From positions 32,001 to 96,000 of the IMG/VR virus record IMGVR_UViG_3300034200_001185: 64,000 bases of DNA. One strand, given 5' to 3'. Every line of letters starts with the position of its first letter. The first letter of the stretch is position 1. Of the stretch, positions 19,045 to 28,209 are shown in pieces. This stretch comes from a virus. The notes under the pieces were generated by a model, which was given only the letters and a program-made list of their open reading frames with translations, ran no database searches and had not been told where the DNA came from. The position numbers and the translations under genes are program-made.

Positions 19045-19253
19045 AATCGTTCTCCTTTTAGGGTTAGTTTGTATCGTATTCGATACTCTATTATCACGGA
19101 ATACAATCGTTAATTTTAATGACTACCGGATATATGTCCGAACTTTCATACGTTATATTAAATATATGCGCACTATCATCACCAAAATAATGGCTAAGAA
19201 AAACGGACATCGTGGACATGTCAATTTTCCTAACACCCCAACCTTACGTAGCT

Positions 19254-19778
19254 TTATACGCTACGCCATCCTAGGCCAGGTAAGTTTCGAACTGATTCCC
19301 TTTCGAGAAGATCTCGAAGAGAAACTGTTTTATTGCTTTCTAACCACTCAGCGTACGCTTTTTCAAGGCGTGTTCTGAATGAAGAGAGGATGTGTGTCTT
19401 GGCCACTGCTATCCCATCTTCATATAAGCTGAATACAACATACGCTTTTCTGTCCGCATTGATCGTTTGTGTTAGATCCTTTAGAGATCGCAGAATATCT
19501 TTGCGATCAAGTGTTGTGGTCTTTGCGCCTGGATCTACTCTTAAACCTAGCTGTTCGCGCACACCTTGAATAGAATTTAAGCACATTGTGTAATGTGCTA
19601 TCGCTGATCGAATTTCTCCTACAGTGTACTTGAGATGTTCCGGTGTTTCCATTTCTCCTTCGTAATCAAATACGTGATCAATGAGTTCGTCATCCATTCG
19701 ATCCCAGGGCATGAATGGCAACATGCTATGGAGTTTAAGACGTTTTGTCTTAACGTCAAATTTTACATCAAATTCCAT
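19254..19778 (-). CDS. hypothetical protein
   Basis: 174-aa ORF with conserved hairpin/SD spacer. Confidence 0.75.
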   Translation of the reverse strand: MEFDVKFDVKTKRLKLHSMLPFMPWDRMDDELIDHVFDYEGEMETPEHLKYTVGEIRSAIAHYTMCLNSIQGVREQLGLRVDPGAKTTTLDRKDILRSLKDLTQTINADRKAYVVFSLYEDGIAVAKTHILSSFRTRLEKAYAEWLESNKTVSLRDLLERESVRNLPGLGWRSV

Positions 19779-19825
19779 AATCGTTTTTCCTTTTCGATTG
19801 AGCGTATCCGCTCGATTGTTGTTGT

Positions 19826-20431
19826 TTATAGGCTCTTTACAATGTCTTGCATTGTTTCGCCAAGTGAGGCGGCGAACTTAGCAGTAAGTTCATTGCGAGT
19901 ATCGCTGATTAGGCGAACTAGCTTGACAATCTTTGGTAGCTTAACTCTTAGCGTACCTGTGCAATTTCTTGCCGCTCTGACGAGATCCATTGCGCGATCT
20001 CTGTCATACATGTGTACAAGGATATACTCAACCTCGTTGATGAAGTTGATTACTTGTTCCGCAGTCACATCGGCTGGCGTATCGAAGTATCCATACAACG
20101 ATCTATCTTCAGGTAGCGCTTTCATCTTCACGAGCATCCAGCTGAACGCTTTCTTCATATCCCAAATCACTTCGGGAAAGATCACATTCGCTAAGTTGAT
20201 CGCTTGCGCAACTTGTGGTGCGACTGATCTAAGATCCGCTGCAAATCTTGACGCAAGCTTTCTGCTTTGTTCCAGGCTTAAATCGAAGGTTGCATCACCG
20301 TTCAATACGATCATTTCCGCGGTAGAGATGATCTCTTCCGCAGATGCTAGCCACCCAAAGATCACTTGGAATACTTCCATATCGCCGTTGAGTCCAAAAG
20401 TATTCAATGCTGTTTTAACTTGTTCTTTCAT
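19826..20431 (-). CDS. hypothetical helical protein
   Basis: 201-aa ORF with conserved hairpin/SD spacer. Confidence 0.75.
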   Translation of the reverse strand: MKEQVKTALNTFGLNGDMEVFQVIFGWLASAEEIISTAEMIVLNGDATFDLSLEQSRKLASRFAADLRSVAPQVAQAINLANVIFPEVIWDMKKAFSWMLVKMKALPEDRSLYGYFDTPADVTAEQVINFINEVEYILVHMYDRDRAMDLVRAARNCTGTLRVKLPKIVKLVRLISDTRNELTAKFAASLGETMQDIVKSL

Positions 20432-20486
20432 AATCGTTTTCCTTTCGATTGTGATTGAGCGTATCCGCTCGCTTTATTGTTGTTGT

Positions 20487-20990
20487 TTAGAAACCGTACA
20501 TTTTTACCATTACGATGCTAATCTGTTTACTTTTTGCGTATTCATGCCACATTGCTGGGAACGATTCATACAATTCTCTGTCCACAATCATCGCTCTTGG
20601 TGAGTCGTCTTGCACGACTAGATGTACATCTCCCCTAGGTAAACCGAGGTCTAACTTTTCGACTGTTTGGTCTACCTCTGCGAGAAGTACGGTAACACAG
20701 TTTGAACCCTTGTTAGCAACTGCCTTGCAAGCAGCTACTGCCAAGTCTTCGTTGACACCGTTTCGGACGGTAGCCCACACCACCGTGTGATTATCCTGCT
20801 TTGAGTACGCAATCACACAATTCAATTCGACTGGTCCCAGCCTTAGTAGACGCTTTGTATCGCCTATAAGCTCCCAAGTCTTTAGATCCCCCTTGCGCTC
20901 GATATCAATACCGAGCAATGTAGCGGTTACATCGCAGTTGATATTTTCCGCTTCGATCTTCAACTCTTTTTCTGTCATGTTTAAGCTCAT
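20487..20990 (-). CDS. hypothetical protein
   Basis: 167-aa ORF behind GTGATAA promoter at 21037. Confidence 0.75.
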   Translation of the reverse strand: MSLNMTEKELKIEAENINCDVTATLLGIDIERKGDLKTWELIGDTKRLLRLGPVELNCVIAYSKQDNHTVVWATVRNGVNEDLAVAACKAVANKGSNCVTVLLAEVDQTVEKLDLGLPRGDVHLVVQDDSPRAMIVDRELYESFPAMWHEYAKSKQISIVMVKMYGF

Positions 20991-21155
20991 TTTTAAGCCC
21001 TTTCTTTAGCTATGGTTTATCGTATCCGACACTATATTATCACGGTAATATCGATAAAATTGCACGTTTTACTATCATCAAAAATAAGCTAAGAAAAACG
21101 GTTGCCAGTCGCTTTTCTTTCGATCACATGCTGTCTTACGACATGATGTAATCGA

Positions 21156-21419
21156 TTACCACTTAACTACTATTGGAGTAGGAAGTGGGTACGAAGATAA
21201 ATCTTCGTACTTGATGTTGGGCGCGATTGTCTTCATCTGTTCTAATGTACTTGCTAATACTCTGTCTCTATAACTGCCATCAGAAAGATTAAATCTGATA
21301 TATTTGCCGTTCTTTGCAGAGTTTACTGTACACCAACCGATAATTCTTAGCCCTGTTGTTGCGACGTTTTGTGAAGCTGTTGTCGCTAGCTTATCGAGTA
21401 ACTTGCCTTTGAGCATTTC
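21156..21419 (-). CDS. hypothetical protein
   Basis: Likely start MLKGKLL after SD GGAG and conserved leader. Confidence 0.65.
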   Translation of the reverse strand, partial: EMLKGKLLDKLATTASQNVATTGLRIIGWCTVNSAKNGKYIRFNLSDGSYRDRVLASTLEQMKTIAPNIKYEDLSSYPLPTPIVVKW

Positions 21420-21596
21420 GTTTCTCCGTGCACGTAAGTTGTAGTCTGCGTACAAAGCGTACATAACCACCGAAGTTAAGGCGTGCTTTTTTGTTCCTTT
21501 TCTTCTATATTCTTATCACGACTTTTTACGCATTTTTGCACGTTTTACTATCATCAAAAATAGGCTAAGAAAAGCGGTTGCCAATCGCTTTTCCAA

Positions 21597-21836
21597 CTAT
21601 TGACCAGGGAAGATAGAGCAGAAGCCCTTTCCTTCCTTATCAATAAGGAAGACGCCCCCGCGTCTTTCACATGCCTTTTTTCCCACACCCCTGAGTACCT
21701 TTAATCCAGCAGCCGTATGAGCTGCCGGATCGTTGTTCCGTGAGAGAGCGTCCAGCTCTCGCACAATCTTACACTTCCAATCGCAACCCCAAACATCACC
21801 ACCGAATAAAACCGCCAAACACAAAATAGCTTTCAT
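21597..21836 (-). CDS. small secreted Cys-containing protein
   Basis: MKAILCLAVLFGG signal-like N-terminus; CDWKC..C..C. Confidence 0.55.
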   Translation of the reverse strand: MKAILCLAVLFGGDVWGCDWKCKIVRELDALSRNNDPAAHTAAGLKVLRGVGKKACERRGGVFLIDKEGKGFCSIFPGQ

Positions 21837-21935
21837 AGCCACTCCATAAGACTGCCAAAGAGTAATCGGAGCAAAGTGCAGTCATTAGTTTCTCTGCTCC
21901 ATATTCTTATCACGGAATATTACCCCATTTTTCGC

Positions 21936-23165
21936 CTAAACTCTACGAGCCATTAGAAGCCCTTTTACGCCATTTCCGTAATCAAGTAATAGCGGCTGTC
22001 GTATTGACGCAGGAAAGTACACTACGCAATCAGATCTTTCGCTAAGTAACATAGACGATAGGTACTTACAATCTACGTTATATATATTTTCGTTAGAACT
22101 CGTTAATTTACATTCAGGTCCTAGATCGGTTAGTAAGGTGCTTTCTTCTCTAACATCTCGAAAAATGCTTGACGTAGTATCTCCTCTAATTACAACTGTA
22201 CGAGATGTAAGTAGTAAACCTTCGAACTCAAATTCGCATATAACGGTTTCTACCTTAATCTTGTTTCCATCATCGTCTTGCAAATTCTTGTAATACCATA
22301 ACGACTTATTCACGCAATCCTCTAAAACACTTAGCGGTATTGCGTATGTGTAAGTGTCGGTGTGCAACGCTTTATCTATAACTACGTTCATATCCGAGTA
22401 ACAATTAAACACGCAACCCGCTTGAAAGAACAATTGTTGTTTCTCGTGTTTCATAATTCCGTCTATGACTAAGCTCAGATCCTTATTGTTATCTTCTCGC
22501 ACAGGTATATTCCATATCTTATTGTCCGGAACATACCCACTGATACTAAGAACAGCGCTTATTGACCGACTCATATCTTTGAGTAACGGTAAGTATAGTT
22601 TACTGTTCTCATTCAAATCGGTTAGTTGATTTTCGAATTCGAAACAGACCATACGATAGCCATCTGTTACGCACAAGTATTTACCTTGTACTTGCAAGCA
22701 CCAGAGCTTTTCTCGATTGCTCTTGCTTGCAAGCATTACGTAACCTGTATCAACGATACTATTCAAAGCGTGTTCTGGGATATCAATACCAACAGAAACG
22801 CTAAATACCATCGGATTGTTTTCTACGATAATTCGGTAGTGATCCGAGTCCTCGTAAATTTCATCTACCGCTCCCCACTTAAAATCCTCATACATCACGT
22901 TTCGGTCATCCGTAAGGCGTAAGTAGGCCCATTCGCTTTTAGCCTTACTTTTTAGCAATGATAGTGCTTGGCTAACTTCTTCGTCCTCTACAAATTGAGT
23001 CAGATCAATTGATACGAATGAACTAGCCAAATAATCTTGAGAATCCTTGCTCTCGTAGAGAGAGTAAAGAAATACACGCTTACCAAATAACCCTAAAAAA
23101 GCGGAGCCATTTGTGTCTTGATAACGTCCAGATAGTAAAATTTTTTGTACGATACTTGTGATCAT
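21936..23165 (-). CDS. divergent DNA polymerase III beta sliding-clamp-like protein
   Basis: CVTDGYRM (cf. ATDGHRL); C-terminal VDCKYL..QPLLL..GLLMARRV (cf. FN..YL..P...LIMPMR). Confidence 0.6.
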   Translation of the reverse strand: MITSIVQKILLSGRYQDTNGSAFLGLFGKRVFLYSLYESKDSQDYLASSFVSIDLTQFVEDEEVSQALSLLKSKAKSEWAYLRLTDDRNVMYEDFKWGAVDEIYEDSDHYRIIVENNPMVFSVSVGIDIPEHALNSIVDTGYVMLASKSNREKLWCLQVQGKYLCVTDGYRMVCFEFENQLTDLNENSKLYLPLLKDMSRSISAVLSISGYVPDNKIWNIPVREDNNKDLSLVIDGIMKHEKQQLFFQAGCVFNCYSDMNVVIDKALHTDTYTYAIPLSVLEDCVNKSLWYYKNLQDDDGNKIKVETVICEFEFEGLLLTSRTVVIRGDTTSSIFRDVREESTLLTDLGPECKLTSSNENIYNVDCKYLSSMLLSERSDCVVYFPASIRQPLLLDYGNGVKGLLMARRV

Positions 23166-23217
23166 ATAATTTTCCTTGTTTTATTAATGAGCGTATCCGC
23201 TACTGTTTAACACTTAA

Positions 23218-24066
23218 TTACTGTATGTTGTCTCGTAATTGTTTCATTGTACGAGGTATAAATAAATAACCTTCGGGGATTATGATGTCCCCTTCTTCAA
23301 TGTCCTTTACTTCCTTGGAAGTATGTGCGCTTGGTAGAGCAAACTCATTTACCATTTCGAGAAAACGAGTTGCAAGCGACTCAGCCCTACTGCGTAATTC
23401 ACCTTCTGGTATCTCAGGTGTTTCGTTGCATTGGTGATCTACAACAAGTCGCATTGTATCGCACTTGCCAATGGCCATACCCAAAGTCAGCACTTCGGGT
23501 AATGATCCGTGATTGACCATGTGCCGAATGATGTATCTACAAGGAAACAGTAGATCGATTTCCATGAACTTAACCATGACCGCTGCAAGTGTCATGAAGA
23601 AGGACGCTTGATTATCCTTGTACTTGAGGTATATATCAAGCACGCCTCTGGTTCCTTTATGTACTAGATCATTATCGCCATTTCTAGCACCTTCGTTGAT
23701 GAAGGAACAGAACTCGTACATATCCACTGTATCCAGCAGTCCGCGAATTTCATCGGGCAATTCATCGATCATTTTGCTAATCGATGGAACATTTCGAATA
23801 AGCACCATAACGCTGATTAGCACTCTTGGCTTTGCATCAATTACAGTATGTTCTACGAGATCCACATACTTACGAATGTTTACGTAATCCTTTACGCACT
23901 TCAGTTGTACTTGTTGCTCATCAGTGATTGCGTCTGCACCGATTAAAGCAAACAACACGGTTACAAACAATTGTTCTTCGAAATCCGCAATGATTTCTTT
24001 ACGTCTTTCGCTGCTTGTTTTACGGTCCAGAAATTCGCCTACTAGCTTGATAAAATCTTTATCCAT
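23218..24066 (-). CDS. hypothetical helical protein
   Basis: 282-aa ORF, co-oriented. Confidence 0.75.
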   Translation of the reverse strand: MDKDFIKLVGEFLDRKTSSERRKEIIADFEEQLFVTVLFALIGADAITDEQQVQLKCVKDYVNIRKYVDLVEHTVIDAKPRVLISVMVLIRNVPSISKMIDELPDEIRGLLDTVDMYEFCSFINEGARNGDNDLVHKGTRGVLDIYLKYKDNQASFFMTLAAVMVKFMEIDLLFPCRYIIRHMVNHGSLPEVLTLGMAIGKCDTMRLVVDHQCNETPEIPEGELRSRAESLATRFLEMVNEFALPSAHTSKEVKDIEEGDIIIPEGYLFIPRTMKQLRDNIQ

Positions 24067-24078
24067 TTTGTTTATCCT

Positions 24079-24633
24079 TTATCTTGTTACATGAGCGCAG
24101 TATGCACATACGCTGTGTGAATAGTATTCGTCTTTAGTGCGGGTATCCCCACAGCGAATACAATCGAATGTTCCATCTTCCGAATCATCGTCATTAAAGA
24201 CTTTTAATTCGAGTTGTTCGGGTTCAAATTGAGGTTGTTCGAGTTGAGGTTGTTCGAGTTGAGGGCGTCTTGAAATAAAACGCTTGCCGATTTCGTAATG
24301 AATTGCCATCATTACAAATTCTACGTGACGTAGATGATTACTTGCAAAACCGTTGATCTCGTGAAGTAATCCGGTTAACTCCAATGCGCTTCTTTCTGCC
24401 ATAAGCGCTTCTGGAATTGAAGGCTTTGCCAAGTCCCAATGATAACTTGGCTTGAATACGATCACATCGCAGTATCCGTTTTCTTCAAGTTGATTTTCGA
24501 ACAACTGAAGGTATTCACGAATTTCCATCTTGAGAATGGAGCTGAGATTGTTCTCAGAGTCTCCGTCTGAGAGACATGCGTCAACAGCATTACGAAAGCT
24601 GTTTACAAGGTTGTATAGTTTTAGGTTTTTCAT
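24079..24633 (-). CDS. hypothetical protein with C-terminal Zn ribbon
   Basis: CIRC..CAYC; QPQLE repeats. Confidence 0.7.
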   Translation of the reverse strand: MKNLKLYNLVNSFRNAVDACLSDGDSENNLSSILKMEIREYLQLFENQLEENGYCDVIVFKPSYHWDLAKPSIPEALMAERSALELTGLLHEINGFASNHLRHVEFVMMAIHYEIGKRFISRRPQLEQPQLEQPQFEPEQLELKVFNDDDSEDGTFDCIRCGDTRTKDEYYSHSVCAYCAHVTR

Positions 24634-24771
24634 GATGATTCCTTTCGTGTGAAAAAGTTAAGCGTATTCGCTTGTTTTTGTCATAGTATTATCACATCTT
24701 AGAACGTATAATTGCGATCGGATTTGACATAGATAAAAAATGCATTATCATGCATACGAAGGAGATACACC

Positions 24772-24999
24772 ATGCAAAACATAGAACTAATGAAGATCAA
24801 AACCGAAATATTACAAATTGCGTCTCAGATTGCGCTAACAAATAATGATAACAATTCGCTTATTAATGAAATAAAAACAGAGTACGCGTGTGTTACAGGA
24901 GATGACTTTACAATCCATACCGCAAAGTCAGAAAACATAAGCGCGGATGTCATTATCGAAATTGCACAAAAGCTATTCGATTTTGTATCGAAAGATTAA
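24772..24999 (+). CDS. hypothetical protein
   Basis: SD AAGGAG; stop codon abuts the tRNA. Confidence 0.7.
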   Translation: MQNIELMKIKTEILQIASQIALTNNDNNSLINEIKTEYACVTGDDFTIHTAKSENISADVIIEIAQKLFDFVSKD

Positions 25000-25073
25000 G
25001 GGCCTGTAGCTCAGTAGGTTAGAGCAGCGGTCTCATAAACCGCGGGTCAACGGTTCAATCCCGTTCGGGCCCA
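25000..25073 (+). tRNA. tRNA with CAU anticodon, probably tRNA-Ile2
   Basis: GGGCCTG/CGGGCCC acceptor; GCGGT-CTCATAA-ACCGC anticodon arm; TTCAATC T-loop; no encoded CCA. Confidence 0.9.
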
Positions 25074-25076
25074 AGT

Positions 25077-25163
25077 GGAAAGATGGCAGAGTGGCCGAAT
25101 GCGTTTGACTCGAAATCAAAAAACGATTTAGTTCGTTCGAGGGTTCGAATCCCTCTCTTTCCT
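25077..25163 (+). tRNA. tRNA-Ser(CGA)
   Basis: GGAAAGA/TCTTTCC acceptor; TTTGA-CTCGAAA-TCAAA anticodon arm; long variable arm; GGTTCGAATCC. Confidence 0.9.
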
Positions 25164-25384
25164 TTATTACTTGACTAAGATAAAAACGTGTGCTAAATAA
25201 TACAACGTGGTTACCGTGCATCCGGTTTTCCTGCGGTCGTCGTCACCGTACCACAGAGGCGACATCTATTTAATATAAAATATGCCTACGTATATTAAGC
25301 GAAGAAGAATGGCGTCAGCGTATGTAGGGGTAAACGATGATTCCAATTTTCGCCATTTCTTGGAATCTACTATCATCAAAATCG

Positions 25385-25422
25385 GGCTAAGAAAAACGTT
25401 CTGGTATTCGTTTTTCTTAGCC
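25385..25422 (-). terminator. perfect 14-bp terminator stem
   Basis: GGCTAAGAAAAACG-N10-CGTTTTTCTTAGCC; the arm includes the 25427 stop region. Confidence 0.8.
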
Positions 25423-25426
25423 AACG

Positions 25427-25636
25427 CTATTCGGATAAACCGTTTAGCATTAGCTTTTTGATTGTATTCGCTTCTTCGTCTGAAGATGCAAATACTAGGC
25501 CGTGAAAACCAGCAACAGTTTTCACATTGAGGACGTTATTTGCGCGCTTGAACACGCAAATAACGTGGCCAAACCAAACGTGCGCATTAGATGCTGTCAC
25601 GTCTAAAGTCTCATACTTGGTGCTTTTTGCTGCCAT
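25427..25636 (-). CDS. hypothetical protein
   Basis: SD AGGAG; conserved leader and promoter upstream. Confidence 0.7.
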   Translation of the reverse strand: MAAKSTKYETLDVTASNAHVWFGHVICVFKRANNVLNVKTVAGFHGLVFASSDEEANTIKKLMLNGLSE

Positions 25637-25884
25637 AGTAATCTCCTAGTGCACCTATTATGTTGTAGTCTCCGTACAAAGCGTACATAACCACCGAATT
25701 AAAGGCGTGCTTTTATTCCTTTTCTTCTATATTCTTATCACGACTTTTTACGCATTTTTGTAAATTGCGTAATAACACAATATCGTATAGAATGTAAGCT
25801 AAAGACGCATACCTGGCGCATTCGCACCATCCATCCACCAAACCTCTGCGTCTATGTATTATCACATTTAAACGGAGTTATTTT

Positions 25885-26352
25885 ATGTACAACAGAGTAA
25901 TACTTGGCGGTATAGGCGGAGCAGGTCTAGGCGCTTTAAAAGCGTCAAAACAAAACGCAGTTCTTAAGAAAATGGATAACGAAACAGATGACGAATTTAA
26001 GGCTAGAAAGCGTATGAATATTATAACTGGCACGGGTCTAGGCGCAGGTCTAGGTGCAGGTGCGGTACACGGCATTACTACGAAAAATCAGATGCAAACA
26101 GGCGGTATGATAGCGGGGTTACTTAGCGGTGAGATTGCGTCGTCAGGCGGATCATATAGCCTTAAAGATATGGACGCGGAGAATCAACAAGCGCTTATTA
26201 ATAGACAACGTGCGTTTGGAGCCGGTGGCGCATTACTTGGTGGAACAGCCGGTAGAATGATTGGTAGCGATAAGATACCCGGCTTAAATAAAAAAGCCTC
26301 CCACGAAGAGAGGCTTATTCATCTGCTATCTAGCAATCATCGTAAGTACTAA
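25885..26352 (+). CDS. multi-Gly-zipper membrane protein
   Basis: GGIGGAGLG, GLGAGLGAG helices; NKKAS near C-terminus. Confidence 0.8.
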   Translation: MYNRVILGGIGGAGLGALKASKQNAVLKKMDNETDDEFKARKRMNIITGTGLGAGLGAGAVHGITTKNQMQTGGMIAGLLSGEIASSGGSYSLKDMDAENQQALINRQRAFGAGGALLGGTAGRMIGSDKIPGLNKKASHEERLIHLLSSNHRKY

Positions 26353-26837
26353 CGAATATTATTTACAACTACTCTAGTACCTGTATTATAAGCACGAACA
26401 GCACGAATGCTACGGTCTCTATCGTCGTTGTACCTACGTTCCATAGCAGCTTCACGAAGAATCTTGGATCGAACTTGTGGCGGGGACATCTTAGCAGCTT
26501 GTTGGGCGTTTAGGATATCTTGCTTGTGCTTAGCAGCGACTAGCGTACCTATTGCAGCACCCAACACGGCTCCAGTACCTGCAGCTAGTAGGCGTTTTTG
26601 AGGCGTCGCCATTAAAGCTAAGCCACCTGCACCGACAGCGCCCATAGCTAATCCGTGATTAAGTTTCGATGGAATTGGTTCTTTAGACAACATAGAGTTG
26701 TAATCTCTAAACGCATTTACGCGTTCTTTGAGAGGAACATCCTCCGACATATAAGCCGCATAAGCCTCGCCCATAAGATCGTGCTTATGACTAGCGTACT
26801 TAGTTAGCGTAGTATATCCGTGTCTAACGAATTCCAT
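26349..26837 (-). CDS. K-x-A tagged Gly-zipper protein
   Basis: LTKYAS; AMGAVGAGG and GTGAVLGAAIG helices. Confidence 0.8.
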   Translation of the reverse strand: MEFVRHGYTTLTKYASHKHDLMGEAYAAYMSEDVPLKERVNAFRDYNSMLSKEPIPSKLNHGLAMGAVGAGGLALMATPQKRLLAAGTGAVLGAAIGTLVAAKHKQDILNAQQAAKMSPPQVRSKILREAAMERRYNDDRDRSIRAVRAYNTGTRVVVNNIR

Positions 26838-26839
26838 AA

Positions 26840-27355
26840 TTATCTCTTTTTCTTATTACGATTGTAGAGATAAGCGCCACCACCTAGAGCGGCTACACCG
26901 GCGCCTGCGCCATATGCACCCTTGTGAGCAGCGATATGTTTACCGGCAGAAGCCAAACCAGCTTTAGCACGAGCAAGATACCCACTAGCACCACCGCCAT
27001 CAGCTGCTCCTAATTCTGGGTGAAGCGCATTATAGGCTTCTCGACCACGAACGTTTTCTAGCTTGTTAAGGTACGCTGCTGTGTCTTTTGAATGCTCTCC
27101 GCCCTTTCTACCAGCGAGGTAGTTAGCTTGGTGCTTTGTATAAGCACCTAGCCCGGATGCCTTGGCCTCTCTGTACATTTGCATCTTTACCTTGTCGTCA
27201 GCTTCTTGAAACTTCTTACTTCCCAAAAGGCTTTGCAACTTAGCTTGTACCTTTCTGTCCGCATTAGCTCTAGTACCGAAATCTTCCATTTCGGTTATAT
27301 AGTCTGCTACCTTTTCCATGACTAAATCGTCTAAATATTCTTGAAAGAAACTCAT
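26840..27355 (-). CDS. K-x-A tagged, tail-anchored protein
   Basis: Start MSFFQEYLDDLVMEKVAD after SD AGGAG; ends GAGAGVAALGGGAYLYNRNKKKR. Confidence 0.85.
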   Translation of the reverse strand: MSFFQEYLDDLVMEKVADYITEMEDFGTRANADRKVQAKLQSLLGSKKFQEADDKVKMQMYREAKASGLGAYTKHQANYLAGRKGGEHSKDTAAYLNKLENVRGREAYNALHPELGAADGGGASGYLARAKAGLASAGKHIAAHKGAYGAGAGVAALGGGAYLYNRNKKKR

Positions 27356-27459
27356 AATATTTTCTCCTATGTTTGTGATATATGCCGATGATATACCCAA
27401 TATGCTAACATTGTCAAGTAAATGCTTTATGTAATTTTTATTTTAATGGCTAAGAATTG

Positions 27460-28209
27460 TCAAACATCTTTTAGCTTATTCTTAACCTTTCGTTTTAAAT
27501 CGTTCATAGGTTTGCTAGTATAAGCGTTAATTCCATGCTTAAACTCTTCAGATTCTAAAAAGTTTTTAATGTTTTTATTGATTACCTTTCGGTCTTTTTC
27601 CATGGGAGCCTCGTGGTGGAAATAGAAACCGCTAGTTTTCGTGAGCTTATCTTTGTCGTCGTACCCAGTCCCAAACGTTTTTCCAGCTAGGTAGGCAGCT
27701 GGTACGCCAGTAACAAAAGTACCGGCTCCGACAATAGCACTATTCTTAGCGCCTAAACCTTTAACAAAGCCTAACGGTGATTTTGCCAACGCTTTATACA
27801 TATCCTTCCTAGACATGAATTCCAAATCACCTCCTTTCCTACGTAGGTATTCCAATCCTAACGCAGCTCCTGCAGGCGTAGCTGCCCAACCGGCAGCTTG
27901 ACCGGCTGCAGCCCCTACGGCTTTGTTTTCGATGCCTTCATCGGCCCCAAGAGCTCCAAGAGCTGCGCTAGTAAATGCTTGCTTTTTAAACATAGATTTA
28001 TCTCCACGATTTTCAGACACAAGCCTAAATCGTATATTGCTTTTGTCATTTGTGCCACCGTTTTTAAGCGGTGTGATGTGATCTATTTCGTGACCTTTTG
28101 GTACTTCGCCTTTAAGGCGACGATTCCAAAGATTACGCATAGCTCTTTTTTTCTTTGCGTCAACAGACGCATGATCTCTTGCGTATTCTTTTTTATAATC
28201 ACGTGTCAT
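27460..28209 (-). CDS. HNH-like domain fused through KKQAF to Gly-zipper domain
   Basis: EIDHITPLKNGGTNDKSNIRF..SENR. Confidence 0.75.
   Translation of the reverse strand: MTRDYKKEYARDHASVDAKKKRAMRNLWNRRLKGEVPKGHEIDHITPLKNGGTNDKSNIRFRLVSENRGDKSMFKKQAFTSAALGALGADEGIENKAVGAAAGQAAGWAATPAGAALGLEYLRRKGGDLEFMSRKDMYKALAKSPLGFVKGLGAKNSAIVGAGTFVTGVPAAYLAGKTFGTGYDDKDKLTKTSGFYFHHEAPMEKDRKVINKNIKNFLESEEFKHGINAYTSKPMNDLKRKVKNKLKDV

Noticed and set aside
19635-20603. 322-aa plus-strand ORF
   Set aside because: Antisense to genes with SD, promoter and hairpin support; crosses their intergenic elements
25033-25221. 62-aa minus-strand ORF
   Set aside because: Antisense to two well-formed tRNAs
15760-25422. 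Dispersed ~30-bp repeats as a CRISPR array
   Set aside because: Spacing is hundreds to thousands of bp with genes in between; they are terminator/promoter cassettes
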